Source: Nitrospirota bacterium
Lineage (GTDB): Bacteria > Nitrospirota > Thermodesulfovibrionia > Thermodesulfovibrionales > UBA9159
Length of the DNA stretch: 64,000 bases
NCBI GenBank assembly: GCA_963699545.1
Contig: CAVOUE010000003.1
Location: 320,001-384,000, forward strand
Direction: 5' to 3'
Shown: positions 22,354-33,815 of the stretch, one piece after another
How positions within the stretch are numbered: the stretch's first letter is position 1
Layout: each line of letters starts with the position of its first letter
Notes under the pieces: model-generated
What the model was told of the DNA's origin: nothing
What the model saw: the letters and a program-made list of their open reading frames with translations, nothing else
Databases searched by the model: none
Program-made: the position numbers and the translations under genes

Positions 22354-23721
22354 TTAAACTTTCTTATCGGGAACGTCAGGTGCCGTCTGGATCTTATATG
22401 CCTTGATCTTCCGGTGAAGATTGCTTCGCTCGATGTCCAGTATCTCAGCCGTTTTCGATACATTCCAGTTATTGTCCTCGAGCTTCTTCGCGATAAAGTC
22501 CTTTTCGAAGGATTCTCTCGCCTCCTTCAGCGTGCTGTACGTGAAATAATCGGAGCCTTCATGTCCTTCCGTGAGGATGAAATCCTTTGCGGTTATGACG
22601 GGAGAAGGGGTCATGATCACGAGCCTCTCGATCAGATTCTTGAGTTCTCTGATGTTACCCGGCCAGGTGTGTTGTTGAAAACGTTTTATCGCTTCAGGCA
22701 CGATCTTTTTTGGCGGCCGTCCGTATTCCGCTGCGAGGGACTGCATGAAATATTCCACAAGAGGAGGGATATCCTCCCTGCGTTCTCTCAGGGGCGGAAC
22801 GGCTATGGGGATCACGTTAAGTCTGAAGAACAGGTCTTCCCGGAAATTGCCTTTCCTCACTTCTTCCTGCAGGTCTTTGTTCGTTGCAGAGATGATCCTC
22901 ACATCGACTTTAATGTTCGCGCTTCCGCCCACCCGCTGAAATTCCTGTGTCTCGATAACCCTCAGCACCTTCGCCTGTGTCTGAAGAGACATATCACCGA
23001 TTTCGTCGAGGAAGAGTGTTCCCTTGTCCGCCAGTTCGAACTTTCCCTTCTTCTTTTCGAAGGCGCCGGTGAAAGAGCCTTTCTCGTGGCCGAAAAGCTC
23101 ACTCTCGATCAGTTCATGAGGCATAGCAGCACAGTTCACCTCCACAAAAGGCTTGTCCGCGCGGCTGCCCATACCGTGCAGGAGCCTTGCCACCAGCTCT
23201 TTTCCCGAACCGCTCTCGCCGGTTATGAGAACCCTGCTGTTACTCTGTGCCGCCATCTCTATCTGGCCTCGAAGCTCTTTCATGGAGGGCGACTCTCCGA
23301 CAAACTGCCATTTCCTCGTGAGGTTTTCCTTCAGTTCCTTGTTCTCTCTCTCCAGGGCGCTCCTTTCGAGCGCCCTCCGTGAACTGAGGAGAACCCTTTC
23401 CAGGGACAGCGGCTTCTCAAGGAAGTCATACGCCCCCATCCGGGTGGCTTTTACGGCAACCTCGATATTGCCGTGTCCTGATATCATGATCACCGGGATG
23501 TCCCGCTTCAGCGATTTTATCTCCTGCAGTGCCTGGATACCGTCCATTCTTGGCAGCCAGACATCCAGGATCACGAGGTCAGGCGTCTGCTCCTGTATCA
23601 CCCTGAGGGCATCTTCCGCTGTTCCGGAGCTGACGACACGGTACCCTTCATCCTCCAGAATACCGGAAAGGCTTTCCCTTATTCCCTCTTCGTCGTCAAC
23701 AATGAGAACTACAGGCTCCAC
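22354..23721 (-). CDS. ntrX: NtrX-like sigma54-dependent response regulator
   Basis: REC domain, [31 protein letters not shown], Fis-type HTH; downstream of an NtrY-like kinase. Confidence 0.85.
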   Translation of the reverse strand: MEPVVLIVDDEEGIRESLSGILEDEGYRVVSSGTAEDALRVIQEQTPDLVILDVWLPRMDGIQALQEIKSLKRDIPVIMISGHGNIEVAVKATRMGAYDFLEKPLSLERVLLSSRRALERSALERENKELKENLTRKWQFVGESPSMKELRGQIEMAAQSNSRVLITGESGSGKELVARLLHGMGSRADKPFVEVNCAAMPHELIESELFGHEKGSFTGAFEKKKGKFELADKGTLFLDEIGDMSLQTQAKVLRVIETQEFQRVGGSANIKVDVRIISATNKDLQEEVRKGNFREDLFFRLNVIPIAVPPLRERREDIPPLVEYFMQSLAAEYGRPPKKIVPEAIKRFQQHTWPGNIRELKNLIERLVIMTPSPVITAKDFILTEGHEGSDYFTYSTLKEARESFEKDFIAKKLEDNNWNVSKTAEILDIERSNLHRKIKAYKIQTAPDVPDKKV

Positions 23722-23722
23722 C

Positions 23723-25754
23723 CTATCCCTCCTTTATCGGCATTTCGACGGTAAACACTGTTCCCCTTGGCATGTTGTCCCGTACGCGCAAATAACCCAT
23801 GTGCTCCCTGATGATCCTGCTGGCAATGGCCAGGCCGAGCCCGGTCCCTTCTTTCTTGGTGGAGAAGTAGGGGAGAAAAAGCTTGTCCTTGTCTTCTTCC
23901 CGTATGCCCGGACCGTCATCAGCCACGTCGATGAATACCCTGTTTGCAGGGACATCAAAACCCACCAACACCTCTATATTACCGCCATTGCTCATAGCCT
24001 GGGTCGCATTTTCAAAGAGATTTATCAGCACCCTCTTGAACTGTTCCCCGTCCATGTCGACGAGCGGCATGTGCTCCGGCAGAGAGACCTTTATGGAAAA
24101 ACCCCTATAGCCCCTGTAGAGGTTCACCACACCGTCTATTATACCAGCCAGGGCAGTGGGTGCTTTATTTATTTCGGGCATCTTCTCGAACCGGGAGAAT
24201 TCGTCCACCAGTTTCCTCAGACTGTCGACCTCTCTGATGATCGTCCTCATAGAGCCCTCAAAGATCTGGGGAAAATCCTCGTCTTTCTGTTCCCACTTCT
24301 TCAGCATCCTTTCGGTGGAGAGCTTAATGGGAGTAAGAGGATTCTTCACCTCATGGGCGATCCTTCTCGCCACTTCCTGCCATGCAAGGGCTTTCTGGGC
24401 TTTTATCACATTCGTGAGGTCGTCAAAGACCACCAGAAGTCCGAGGTATGAGGCGTTGTCCCGCAGCCCCATGATGGAGACCCGGAGCATGGTGCGTTTC
24501 CCCCTGATGGTCGCCCAGACCTCCTTTTCCACTGTCCGCAGGGTCTTCAACTTTATCCCCCGGATCATTTGCTGGAGGGAGTCCGACTGTATCGCGGAGA
24601 GGATCTCCGTATAGTTTTCTCCCGTGATATTCTCAGAGACGACACCAAGGATCGCACATGCGGCGTTGTTGATGGTGATGACTTTTCCGTCAGCATCCAG
24701 GCAGATAACCCCGCTCTGGATATTCTCAAGGATGTTCTCCATGTAGAGTCGCCTTCGGTCAGATTCGGTATAGGCTGTGTGAATGGACTCTTTGCTCTCC
24801 TTCAGTTCCCTGACCATATGATTGAAGGAGTTGATGAGAAGCCCGATCTCGTCATCCCGTTTCAGGCCGATAGCCACATCGAGGTTCTCCGGATGCCACC
24901 TGACCGGTCGCCTCTGCGAGCTTCTGGATCGGCTCGGAGATGCCCCGCGCGATCCTGAGTGACACCCACAGGGCGGTGAAGATAACGATGAGAGTGAAGA
25001 AACCGAGGAAAATGAGATAATTCAGCTTCAGCGGCTGTTTCCATGCCTCAAGCTTGATATAATCCTCGTACGCAGTCTTGATCTGTTCCACATTCCCGGT
25101 AATTTCCCTGGGGATATGGGATTCCACGATCAGTACTCCCCGTTGCCCCCCTGAGGATACATCCGGGACCACGGCGCGCACCGCATCTCCATTCTCCCCC
25201 GATATCACCTCAGTTCCTTCTACTCCGTCAAAAGCCTCTTTTATCACATCTGAGGGGTTTTCCGGCATCTCACGATATCGGGTCACGGAATATTCCATGG
25301 AGGGGGACCCTTTTGCAATTATTGAGTGAGCAGCCTCAAGGGTTCTCTTGCGTTCGATATCATAGATGGCCCGGGCGATATTCAGGGTGCTGTCAATGGG
25401 TTTCCTGAACTGCGGGGTGAACCAGCGGTCGATGTAATTCGTCACAAGACCGCTGGAGCCGAGGAACAAGAGCACTGACGGGATTGAAGTGAGGATAACG
25501 AATATCACCACGATCTTCGTCTTGAATCGTGAACCCAGGACCTTCTGCTTTCTTTCGAGGTAGAGCCTGGTGAGGGCTTTTGCTACAAAGAACATCAGGG
25601 TCAGCAGGGCAATGATATTGATGTTGAAGAGTATCAGGAAGATGACCTTTGTGGTTATGGAGAGGGTTCCAAGCCTGACAAAATGGAGTTCTACCGTGAA
25701 AACCAGCACAACGAAGAGGAGAAGGGCTGAAATGATCAGACCGAATTTCTTCAT
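23723..25754 (-). CDS. ntrY: NtrY-like HAMP-PAS histidine kinase (+1 frameshift near 24887)
   Basis: TM segments, HAMP split across two ORFs, AWQEVARRIAHEVKNPLTPI H-box, DDGPG, GTGLGL. Confidence 0.85.
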
Positions 25755-26308
25755 TTTTCCCTTCCCGCAGGGAGCACCGGAGAGTCCTTCTGTGCCTTGA
25801 AATCGTTCTCCGGAACAAAGAAGAGGAGATAGCCGATCACCGGCGGGAGCTTTCGCAAGCGTGATTCAACGGTAACTCTCACGAAATAGTCGGACTGCTG
25901 GAGCTCCCTGATATTCGTAAGCTTAAGGTCGGTAATGTTCAGGGCCCAGGTGATCATGGTGTCAAAACTCTTGAACCTCTTTTCGACGAGGGTGGAGCCG
26001 TCCAGCGAAGTGGCGACATGCTCCTTCTTGATGGGGTCGGACCTGAGGGTCTTCACAATTTTTTTCCCTGCGACGAATTCATCGGGCCATGTCTTCCAGA
26101 CCCTGAAGAGATCTATGAAGAACGTGATTTCCTTGGATATCCCGTTCTTCAGGTCGGTGAGATTCTTGTCGTCAAGTGAAAGCCCTGTACTTACCACGAT
26201 TTCGCTGTTCGCCACCCGTGCATCCGGGCCTATAATATCTGCCCCTGATACCCCGGCGGGCCGCAGTAACAGGGAAAAAAGAGCCAAAGAAAGAACGGTT
26301 CTCCTCAT
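25751..26308 (-). CDS. DUF4390-like exported protein
   Basis: Signal peptide, L.NGI...I.F.I.L.R...W.DE, LPP..; position upstream of ntrY is typical. Confidence 0.7.
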   Translation of the reverse strand: MRRTVLSLALFSLLLRPAGVSGADIIGPDARVANSEIVVSTGLSLDDKNLTDLKNGISKEITFFIDLFRVWKTWPDEFVAGKKIVKTLRSDPIKKEHVATSLDGSTLVEKRFKSFDTMITWALNITDLKLTNIRELQQSDYFVRVTVESRLRKLPPVIGYLLFFVPENDFKAQKDSPVLPAGREK

Positions 26309-26362
26309 ATAATGCTTGACATCTCCGGGGAAATGTATTTTCATTATACCATAACGAAAAAT

Positions 26363-26437
26363 CGTGACGCGGGATGCGTAATGCATGATGGGCAAACATT
26401 TTTTTGATCCCCGGCGGATTACGCCTCACCCTTCACG
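26363..26437. repeat. Inverted arrays of degenerate heptamer repeats
   Basis: cgtgacg cgggatg cgtaatg catgatg (26363-26390) and the complementary gattacg cctcacc cttcacg (26417-26437). Confidence 0.6.
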
Positions 26438-26456
26438 GGTTTCAGAAGGAGGCTTT

Positions 26457-26939
26457 ATGGAATTAAAGTCAGTGAAGATCGGGATACCGGAGGGCTGCAA
26501 CATCATACTGGGCCAGACCCATTTCATTAAGACCGCCGAAGACCTCTATGAGATCATTGTGTCCACGGTGCCTCAGGCCAGGTTCGGCATCGCCTTTACC
26601 GAGGCGTCGGGACCCTGCCTGATCAGGACGGAAGGGAATGACAGCGAACTCATCAACGAGTGTGTGAGAGCCGTGCAGGCCATCGGAGCCGGACATATCT
26701 TTTGCATACTTCTGAAAGATGCGTATCCTGTCAATGTCCTTAATCCCATAAAGAACTGTCAGGAGGTCTGCAGGATATATTGCGCCACTGCAAATCCCCT
26801 GGAGGTACTGGTGGCATCCACTGAGCAGGGCAACGGGATCACAGGGGTAATCGACGGTTTTCCTCCCAAAGGGGTGGAAGGTCCTGAAGACAAGGCCAGG
26901 AGAAAAGAATTCTTGAGAACCATAGGGTATAAACTGTAA
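26457..26939 (+). CDS. Adenosine-specific kinase family protein (DUF355)
   Basis: NIILGQTHFIKTAEDLYE, FGIAF.EASG, CATANP, GVIDGF.PKG, IGYK. Confidence 0.9.
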   Translation: MELKSVKIGIPEGCNIILGQTHFIKTAEDLYEIIVSTVPQARFGIAFTEASGPCLIRTEGNDSELINECVRAVQAIGAGHIFCILLKDAYPVNVLNPIKNCQEVCRIYCATANPLEVLVASTEQGNGITGVIDGFPPKGVEGPEDKARRKEFLRTIGYKL

Positions 26940-27016
26940 CCTGTTCTCCTCTTTTTGCAGCCTGGAATCTCAGGAAAATATTGAAAAATTACGGTCGTAT
27001 CTGGTAGTATTCCAGA

Positions 27017-27448
27017 ATGTCTGATGAGGTGAAGAGGGCCAGCCTGTTGCTCAGGATATTTGCCAAGGTCCTTGACTTCATCCTTATTGCTGCTGCGGCA
27101 GAAGTGGTACCCAAGGCCGGTTTTTATGCCGGATTGCTCTATCTCCTCATCAGCGACGGACTCTTCGACGGAAGGAGTATCGGGAAACTGCTCATCGGTC
27201 TGAGGGTTGTTTCCCTCCCCGGTGATGCGCCGTGTTCCGCGCGCGAGTCCATAGTAAGGAACGCTCCGCTGGGAGCAGGGCTTTTGCTGTATAGACTGCC
27301 GTGGATCGGCTGGATCTTTATCCTGCTCGTCTGTCTCGCGGAGTTCCTGATACTCCTCGGCAGCAAGAATGGAATGCGGCTGGGAGACGAGCTTGCAAAG
27401 ACAACAGTCGTTGAAAAAGTCAGACGTAAAGCTGCGCAGGAGGGATAA
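27017..27448 (+). CDS. RDD family membrane protein
   Basis: R..A..LD, SIGK...GLRV, RN, RLGD..A.T.V. Confidence 0.85.
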   Translation: MSDEVKRASLLLRIFAKVLDFILIAAAAEVVPKAGFYAGLLYLLISDGLFDGRSIGKLLIGLRVVSLPGDAPCSARESIVRNAPLGAGLLLYRLPWIGWIFILLVCLAEFLILLGSKNGMRLGDELAKTTVVEKVRRKAAQEG

Positions 27449-28479
27449 TGCTTTTCCATAAACTCGTCGGGATGTTTTCCAATGACCTTGCCATAGACCT
27501 CGGCACGGCAAACACCCTTGTTTTTGTCAAGGGGAAGGGAATCGTCTGTAATGAGCCTTCCGTGGTGGTGGTGAGGAAGGAAGACAAGAAGACGATCGCT
27601 GTGGGCGCGGACGCAAAGAGAATGCTGGGGAAAACGCCTGCAAACATAATCGCTATCCGGCCGATGAAGGACGGCGTCATCGCGGATTTTGATGCCACAG
27701 GGGAGATGCTCAAGTATTTTATCAAGAAGGTCCATAACAGAAAGAGCTTCCTCTCCCCGCGGGTCATCATCGGTGTCCCGTCCGGTATCACGCAGGTGGA
27801 GCAGCGGGCGGTGAAGGACGCGGCGCAGGCATCAGGGGCCCGCGAGGTATATCTCATTGAGGAGCCCATGGCGGCTGCCCTTGGAGTGAACCTGCCCGTG
27901 GGTGAACCCTCGGGGAACATGATCGTTGACATAGGAGGAGGGACCACGGACATCGCGGTCATTTCCCTGGACGGCATTGTTTACAGCAAGGCGGTGAGGG
28001 TTGGTGGCGATAAAATGGATGAATCGATCATTGCCTATATAAAGCGCAAGTACAATCTTCTCATCGGGGACCGGACATCCGAACTGATAAAGATCGAAAT
28101 AGGTTCGGCGTGTGTGGTTGACCCCGACGTGACGAAGACCATGGAGATAAAGGGAAGGGACCTCATTTCAGGCATCCCCAAGACCATTGTCATCACCGAG
28201 ACGGAGATCAGGGAATCCCTCCATGAGCCGGTGAGCGTTATCCTCGACACCATTAAGGTCACCCTGGAAAATACCCCCCCTGAACTGGCGTCGGACATCG
28301 TGGACAGAGGCATAGTCCTCGCGGGGGGCGGAGCATTGCTGAGGGGCCTGGATATCCTCATCAGGGAGGAGACCGGACTTCCTGTCATTGTTCCTGACGA
28401 TCCGCTGACCGCTGTGGCACGAGGGGTCGGCAAGATGCTTGACGAACTGGAGCTTCTGAAGAAAATCTCCATAACCTGA
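27448..28479 (+). CDS. mreB: Rod shape-determining actin MreB
   Basis: [42 protein letters not shown]. Confidence 0.98.
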   Translation: MLFHKLVGMFSNDLAIDLGTANTLVFVKGKGIVCNEPSVVVVRKEDKKTIAVGADAKRMLGKTPANIIAIRPMKDGVIADFDATGEMLKYFIKKVHNRKSFLSPRVIIGVPSGITQVEQRAVKDAAQASGAREVYLIEEPMAAALGVNLPVGEPSGNMIVDIGGGTTDIAVISLDGIVYSKAVRVGGDKMDESIIAYIKRKYNLLIGDRTSELIKIEIGSACVVDPDVTKTMEIKGRDLISGIPKTIVITETEIRESLHEPVSVILDTIKVTLENTPPELASDIVDRGIVLAGGGALLRGLDILIREETGLPVIVPDDPLTAVARGVGKMLDELELLKKISIT

Positions 28480-29261
28480 TGTCCATTCGCCGCCTTTTCC
28501 CTCTTCTTTTGCTTGTGGTTATCGCCTTGACCCTCATGACCTATCAAAGCAATAAAGGGGTAATCGCACCCTTTCGGTTCGTCGGAGATTTCCTTCATCA
28601 TCTCAACGGGATCGTTCATTCCTTTTCGACCACTGTGGGGGAACCCTTCAGAAAAGTCATGCTGAGGGATGAAGAGAACAAAAGGCTCAGGACAGAAATG
28701 GACAGGCTCATCCTGGAGCAGCAGAGGTACAGGGATATCTTCTTCGAAAACATGAGACTGCGGGAGATGCTCGGCCTGCGGGAGAAGGAGAAGCGATACG
28801 TCGCCACCGCGCGGGTCATTTCACGGGGGCTTGACCGGTGGTCGAACACGGTGGTCATCGAAAAGGGCAGGCGTGACGGTGTTGCAAAGGACATGGCGGT
28901 CATCACCCCTGCAGGTCTTGTTGGCAAGGTGTCCTCGGCGGCGGACAATTATGCCTATGTACTTCTCATCACGGACCTTAATTTTTCTGCATCGGTGAGG
29001 ATACAGGAAACCAGAAAAGAGGCCATTCTCTCAGGGACAGGGGCAAGACGTTGCGTCCTCAAGTATGTCCCTCAGGAAGACGAGATCAAGGAGGGAGAGG
29101 TGGTCGTCACATCAGGCTTTGATGACCTTTTCCCGCAGGAGCTCCCCGTAGGATATGTCTCGAGTGTTTCGAAGAAAGGTGAGAGTATCTTTCAGGATAT
29201 CGAAATAACGCCGTTTCAGGATCTGAGACGACTGGATGAAGTGGTGGTCGTCCGGCGATGA
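28479..29261 (+). CDS. mreC: Rod shape-determining protein MreC
   Basis: N-terminal TM, EN.RLR..L coiled coil, GLVGKV, VVTSG....P...VG. Confidence 0.93.
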   Translation: MSIRRLFPLLLLVVIALTLMTYQSNKGVIAPFRFVGDFLHHLNGIVHSFSTTVGEPFRKVMLRDEENKRLRTEMDRLILEQQRYRDIFFENMRLREMLGLREKEKRYVATARVISRGLDRWSNTVVIEKGRRDGVAKDMAVITPAGLVGKVSSAADNYAYVLLITDLNFSASVRIQETRKEAILSGTGARRCVLKYVPQEDEIKEGEVVVTSGFDDLFPQELPVGYVSSVSKKGESIFQDIEITPFQDLRRLDEVVVVRR

Positions 29262-29710
29262 AGCTTGTGTGGTTATCCCTCAGCATTATTGCTGCGCTCA
29301 TTGTTCATTCGCAGATATCCCTCTGGGGAGTCGCACCAAACCTTACGCTCGTGGTGGCATACGCCGTGGGGATGTATAGCGGCCCAACAAAGGGAATCCT
29401 GCTGGGGTCGGCCGTGGGGATACTTGAGGACAGCGTCAGCGGGAGCATCCTCGGGCCCAATCTCCTCGGAAAGGGTATTACCGGATTTCTTGCGTCCTTC
29501 AGTTCCGGCAGCCTGTTCCGGTGGACACCGTTGCTGGGAATGCTCTCCCTGTTTGCCCTTACCCTGATGGACGGAGGGGTCGTTTTTTTATCGAGAACCA
29601 TGTTCGAAACTTCCCCCGCCTCCCTGCCGAGAGGGGTTGTCGCTGTCCTCATGCAGGGAGTTCTGAATGCAGTCATCGGAATTTTTCTAAGGCCGCGAAA
29701 TGTCGATTAA
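29258..29710 (+). CDS. mreD: Rod shape-determining protein MreD
   Basis: Hydrophobic 150 aa with PNL and G.L.D; lies between mreC and pbp2. Confidence 0.85.
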   Translation: MKLVWLSLSIIAALIVHSQISLWGVAPNLTLVVAYAVGMYSGPTKGILLGSAVGILEDSVSGSILGPNLLGKGITGFLASFSSGSLFRWTPLLGMLSLFALTLMDGGVVFLSRTMFETSPASLPRGVVAVLMQGVLNAVIGIFLRPRNVD

Positions 29711-31565
29711 CGGGAATTCCTCTGATAAGGTTCTCATCGCAGGATATATCATCATCGGTTTTCTCTTTATCTTGACCATTCGCCTGTGGCAGCTGCAGAT
29801 ACTCCAGGGAAGTGAGTACAGAAAACTGTCGGAGGAAAACAGGCTCCGTGTCGTAAAAATTGCAGCTCCCAGGGGGATCATGTATGACCGGAACGGCATC
29901 CCTCTTGTGAAAAATACGCCATACTATTCTGTCTCTCTCAATCCGCATGTGCTTGAGGGCATTGATGTTTCGAGCCTCGCAGAGCTGTTGAAGATAGACA
30001 GGAATTCCCTGGAGGAAAGAATAAAGGAGCATCAGAAGCGGAGCCTGTATGAGCCGCTCAGGGTCAAGGAGGGGCTTTCGATCAAGGAGATCGCTCTGAT
30101 AGAGGCGAGGCGTTCTGACTTTCCGGGGCTTGCCATCGATGTGGACGTAACAAGGGACTATCTCTTCGGGAGTGTCGGGGCCCACCTCATAGGATATCTC
30201 GGAAAGCCTAATGAGTTTCAGGCCCGGAGTCCCGATTTCAAGGATGTCCCTTCAGATGCGTTCATAGGACAGTGGGGAATCGAGCGGCTCTATGACAGGC
30301 AGCTGCGCGGGATACCCGGGGGAAAGATCATCGAAGTGGACGCCCTCGGTAGAGAACTGAGGCTCCTTAAAGGAAGATCTCCGACGCGCGGGGATGATAT
30401 ATGGCTGGCAATGGACATACGTGTTCAGAAGGAGGCAGAAGAGGCCTTCGGCGATAAGACAGGCGCTATGGTGGCGATGAGGCCGGACACTGGAGAGTTG
30501 CTCGCTTTAATCAGTAAGCCGTCCTTTGACCCGAACCTGTTTGCCAGGGGAATAAAGTATAAACAGTGGGAAGAATTGAACCAGAACAGGAGACTTCCCC
30601 TGCTGAACAGGGCATTACAGAGCCAGTATCCGCCGGGCTCCACTTTCAAGATCGTTACTGCCATCGCTGCCCTTGAAGAAGGGGCGATCGATGAACATAC
30701 AAAAGTGACCTGCAACGGGGGAATAGCATACGGCAGGTGGCACTTCGGTTGCTGGCGAAAGACAGGACATGGAACCGTTTCACTGCACCGGGCATTGGTT
30801 GAATCATGCGACGTCTATTTTTACGATGCAGGGAAAAAACTCGGAATTGACAAAATTGCCGCATATGCAAGGGAACTGGGACTGGGCAAGGAAACGGGAC
30901 TTGAGCTGGTAAAGGAGCGCAACGGGCTGATACCCGACACCAGGTGGAAGGAAGAGAAAAGGAACCAGCCTTGGTATCTCGGAGAAACGTTCAATGCATC
31001 CATCGGTCAGGGCTACGTTGCGGTGACACCGTTTCAGATGGCTCAACTCACCAGCACCGTCGCCAATGGCGGGTATATTTACCGGCCTTCCCTGCTCAGG
31101 ATGACGGACAAACCGGAGCCGGCAGGAAAAGCGAAGATCAAACAGGAGACCCTTGAGATGGTAAAGAAGGGCCTTTGCGGAGTGGTGAATGAAAACGGAG
31201 GAACCGGATATGTTGCCAAATCCTCCATGGTGAGTATCTGCGGCAAGACAGGTACGGCCCAGGTGGTGGGTCTGAAAAAGGACTCAAAATACCTCTCCGA
31301 GATGCACAGGGACCACGCCTGGTTTGTCGCCTTTGCCCCCTCTGAGACGCCTGAGATCGCGCTGTCGGTAATGGTGGAGCACGGGGGGCACGGCGGTGCT
31401 GCAGCGGCACCCATTGCAAAGAGGGCGATCGAGGCGTATCTGAAATCCGGCAAGCAGTCAGCCGCGCCACACTCTATGGCCGGGGATCAATCCCGAAATA
31501 CTGCGGCCCCGAACAAAAGACCTGTTGAGGACAGAAGCAGTGAAGATAGACAGAAGACTGATTAA
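29700..31565 (+). CDS. mrdA: Penicillin-binding protein 2
   Basis: APRG..YDRNG, SxxK (STFK), SCD, KTGT, DHAWF. Confidence 0.95.
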   Translation: MSINGNSSDKVLIAGYIIIGFLFILTIRLWQLQILQGSEYRKLSEENRLRVVKIAAPRGIMYDRNGIPLVKNTPYYSVSLNPHVLEGIDVSSLAELLKIDRNSLEERIKEHQKRSLYEPLRVKEGLSIKEIALIEARRSDFPGLAIDVDVTRDYLFGSVGAHLIGYLGKPNEFQARSPDFKDVPSDAFIGQWGIERLYDRQLRGIPGGKIIEVDALGRELRLLKGRSPTRGDDIWLAMDIRVQKEAEEAFGDKTGAMVAMRPDTGELLALISKPSFDPNLFARGIKYKQWEELNQNRRLPLLNRALQSQYPPGSTFKIVTAIAALEEGAIDEHTKVTCNGGIAYGRWHFGCWRKTGHGTVSLHRALVESCDVYFYDAGKKLGIDKIAAYARELGLGKETGLELVKERNGLIPDTRWKEEKRNQPWYLGETFNASIGQGYVAVTPFQMAQLTSTVANGGYIYRPSLLRMTDKPEPAGKAKIKQETLEMVKKGLCGVVNENGGTGYVAKSSMVSICGKTGTAQVVGLKKDSKYLSEMHRDHAWFVAFAPSETPEIALSVMVEHGGHGGAAAAPIAKRAIEAYLKSGKQSAAPHSMAGDQSRNTAAPNKRPVEDRSSEDRQKTD

Positions 31566-32661
31566 GAATTTTGATTGGGTCACCCTTTCCCTTGTCATCC
31601 TGCTTTCCATTACCGGGATAATGACCATTTACAGTGCGACGCGTTCTCCCCTTCCGGGAGGTGAGATGCCATCATATTACATAAGGCAATTTTACTGGCT
31701 TGTGGTGAGCATTATCGCCCTGATAGGGGTGGTGAGCTTCGATTATATCTGGCTGAAGCGGTTTGCCTATGCCTTTTACGGTATCGGCATTGTCCTTCTC
31801 CTGCTGGTCCTCTTCATGGGAAGGACAGGGATGGGCGCCCAGCGCTGGCTCAACCTCGGGATATTTTCCTTTCAGCCTGCAGAGGTATTCAGACTGCTGT
31901 ATGTGGTGACGATAGCCCGATACCTCAGTGAAATCCAGGGCAAGGTCGGGCTTGTCTTTTTGCTGAAAGCTTTTCTTCTGCTTTCATTTGTTCCGGTGGT
32001 AATGGTGATGAAGCAACCGGATCTCGGCACTGCGGTGATTCTCCTGCTCGTTTTTTTCTCGGTCGTTTCCACAAGGGGGTTACAGAAGAAAGTCGTTGCA
32101 CTGATTCTTCTCATCGGTCTCATCTCTGTTCCCTTCCTCGGCAATATACTCTGGGAGGGCCTTAAGGACTATCAGAAGAACAGGCTTGTTGCCTTTCTGG
32201 AGCCGGACGTTGACCCGGCCGGCATCGGGTATCACATAAATCAGTCGAAGGTCGCCATAGGCTCGGGCCATTTGGTGGGCAAAGGGTATTTGAAGGGGAC
32301 CCAGGGGCCTTTCCGGTTCCTCCCGGAAAAGCACACCGATTTCATATTCGCGGTCTTTGCCGAAGAATGGGGCTTTATGGGGAGCGTCATGCTTCTGGTC
32401 CTGTACCTTGCGTTGATTCTCCGGGGGCTCGACACCGCCAGGAAGGCAAAGGATGAATTCGGGCGTTTCCTTGCGATCGGTATTTCCTTCATGTTCGCCA
32501 TTTATTTTTTCGTCAACATCGGCATGACCCTCGGCATTATGCCCGTTGTCGGCGTGCCCCTTCCTTTTATGAGTTACGGAGGCACCTCGCTCCTTGCCAA
32601 TTTCATTGCCGCGGGGATGCTCATCAGCATACGGACAAGGCGGTTTGAACTGTTCTATTAG
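31540..32661 (+). CDS. rodA: SEDS glycosyltransferase RodA
   Basis: GAQRW, QPAE, QPDLGT, PEKHTDFIF, PFMSYGG; GTG start. Confidence 0.96.
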   Translation: MKIDRRLIKNFDWVTLSLVILLSITGIMTIYSATRSPLPGGEMPSYYIRQFYWLVVSIIALIGVVSFDYIWLKRFAYAFYGIGIVLLLLVLFMGRTGMGAQRWLNLGIFSFQPAEVFRLLYVVTIARYLSEIQGKVGLVFLLKAFLLLSFVPVVMVMKQPDLGTAVILLLVFFSVVSTRGLQKKVVALILLIGLISVPFLGNILWEGLKDYQKNRLVAFLEPDVDPAGIGYHINQSKVAIGSGHLVGKGYLKGTQGPFRFLPEKHTDFIFAVFAEEWGFMGSVMLLVLYLALILRGLDTARKAKDEFGRFLAIGISFMFAIYFFVNIGMTLGIMPVVGVPLPFMSYGGTSLLANFIAAGMLISIRTRRFELFY

Positions 32662-32712
32662 TAGAAACTGGGGATTTTTTGCCGTTGTTAAATTATGGTG
32701 AAAATAAATAGG

Positions 32713-32755
32713 AGAGCTGAAAATGATCGAACTCGTGACCTCTTTAATGCCGTTC
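32713..32755 (-). pseudogene. Degenerate tRNA-Ala(GGC) 3'-half fragment (att-like scar)
   Basis: 33/43 nt match, by manual alignment, to the reverse complement of the 3' part of the tRNA-Ala at 35430-35505. Confidence 0.55.
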
Positions 32756-32818
32756 TCGAGCTGAATACTGAGGGAAGCGGCTAAAAATACGAGAAAACAA
32801 AGTCACTATTCCTGTTCT

Positions 32819-33113
32819 CTATGCCTTTCGTGTTTCGATCTTAATAACTATCTGTGCATCAAGCGCGTCGCGATCTTCTTCAGTGTCGAAAGTTTGGGCA
32901 GCCCGTGGGTGAGGCCCTCGATCCGTGGAGATCGTCGACTGGGGCATGCCGGCCTTTTTCGCCACCTGCTCCTGGGTCATCTTTTTCCTCTGCCGCTGTT
33001 CGATGATGCTCTTTGCCAAGCTCGTATTCGGGGAGGAGCTTTTCATACTCCTTCCTGACGTTTTTGTTCTTCAGAAGTTCTTTTACGTGTTCCTCGTAAG
33101 TATTCTTTTTCAT
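32819..33113 (-). CDS. HTH-XRE antitoxin, HigA-like (three apparent indels)
   Basis: MKKNTYEEH..LKNKNVRKEYEKL.PEYEL joined to AKSII..R.RKKMTQEQVAKKAGMPQSTIS; directly downstream of the toxin. Confidence 0.75.
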
Positions 33114-33114
33114 A

Positions 33115-33468
33115 TTACACCTCCCTCGAAAGGTAATCCTTCATCCTTTCTTCGGCTGTTTCAATCTCCCGTTGCGGGGTCTTGTCCGTCTTCTTTGTAA
33201 ATCCGTGCAGGAGTATGAACTTTTTTCCCGTATGGGTGAAGTAGAGTATCCTGCTGATTCCTGTCTTGTCCTTGATCCGTATCTCAAACAGCTTCTTGCG
33301 ACCGGTAAGCTGTTTCACATACGGTTCCTTTACCAGAACCCCGTATTCCGTGAGCAGTCTGGTAATGAAGATATACTTTGCCTGACCTTCAGGCGAAAGA
33401 CCATCGACAAATTCCCTGACAGGGCATCTACCGTCAGCCGTCACATAGTATTCGATGGCCCAGTGCAT
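33115..33468 (-). CDS. RelE/ParE-superfamily toxin (Gp49/DUF891, HigB-like)
   Basis: W.IEYY...G.CPV.EF, EPYVKQL....LFEIR, RILYF, LLHGFTKKT.KTP..EI..A. Confidence 0.88.
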   Translation of the reverse strand: MHWAIEYYVTADGRCPVREFVDGLSPEGQAKYIFITRLLTEYGVLVKEPYVKQLTGRKKLFEIRIKDKTGISRILYFTHTGKKFILLHGFTKKTDKTPQREIETAEERMKDYLSREV

Positions 33469-33473
33469 GTTTT

Positions 33474-33502
33474 ATTATATAGCACTGATGCTATAAAGGC
33501 AA
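33474..33502 (-). promoter_or_regulatory. TA promoter with palindromic operator
   Basis: TTGCCT-N17-TATAAT-N5-ATG on the minus strand; perfect inverted repeat TATAGCA-ctga-TGCTATA (33478-33495) covers the spacer. Confidence 0.75.
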
Positions 33503-33815
33503 GGGCACTCTTTACGACGAACAAGACAGTCACAATATGCACGATCTAATGGGGAGTGGTATCCCTATGCGTTCAGCAATCAATGGCATCGTCGCGCCGA
33601 ACTTCTATGTCTTGCAACACCCCTGTGGTTTGGTCTGTCCCACCTGCAAGGGATTGAAAAAGATTATTGTTGATTGTTGTCCCTATTATCAGGGAGATTT
33701 TGAATAACATGATGAAGCATTAATCTATTGTGAATTTTGTTACTCCCTTGCATTACCATTTTGAAGTATGAGAAAATGACCATAACAGACAACATAAAAT
33801 TCATAATTAGAAAAC

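Noticed and set aside
22309-24451. Long plus-strand ORFs of 357 and 432 aa, and similar antisense ORFs elsewhere (e.g. 5005-5877, 18900-19841, 56301-57224)
   Set aside because: Shadow frames opposite well-supported genes, with no recognisable motifs.
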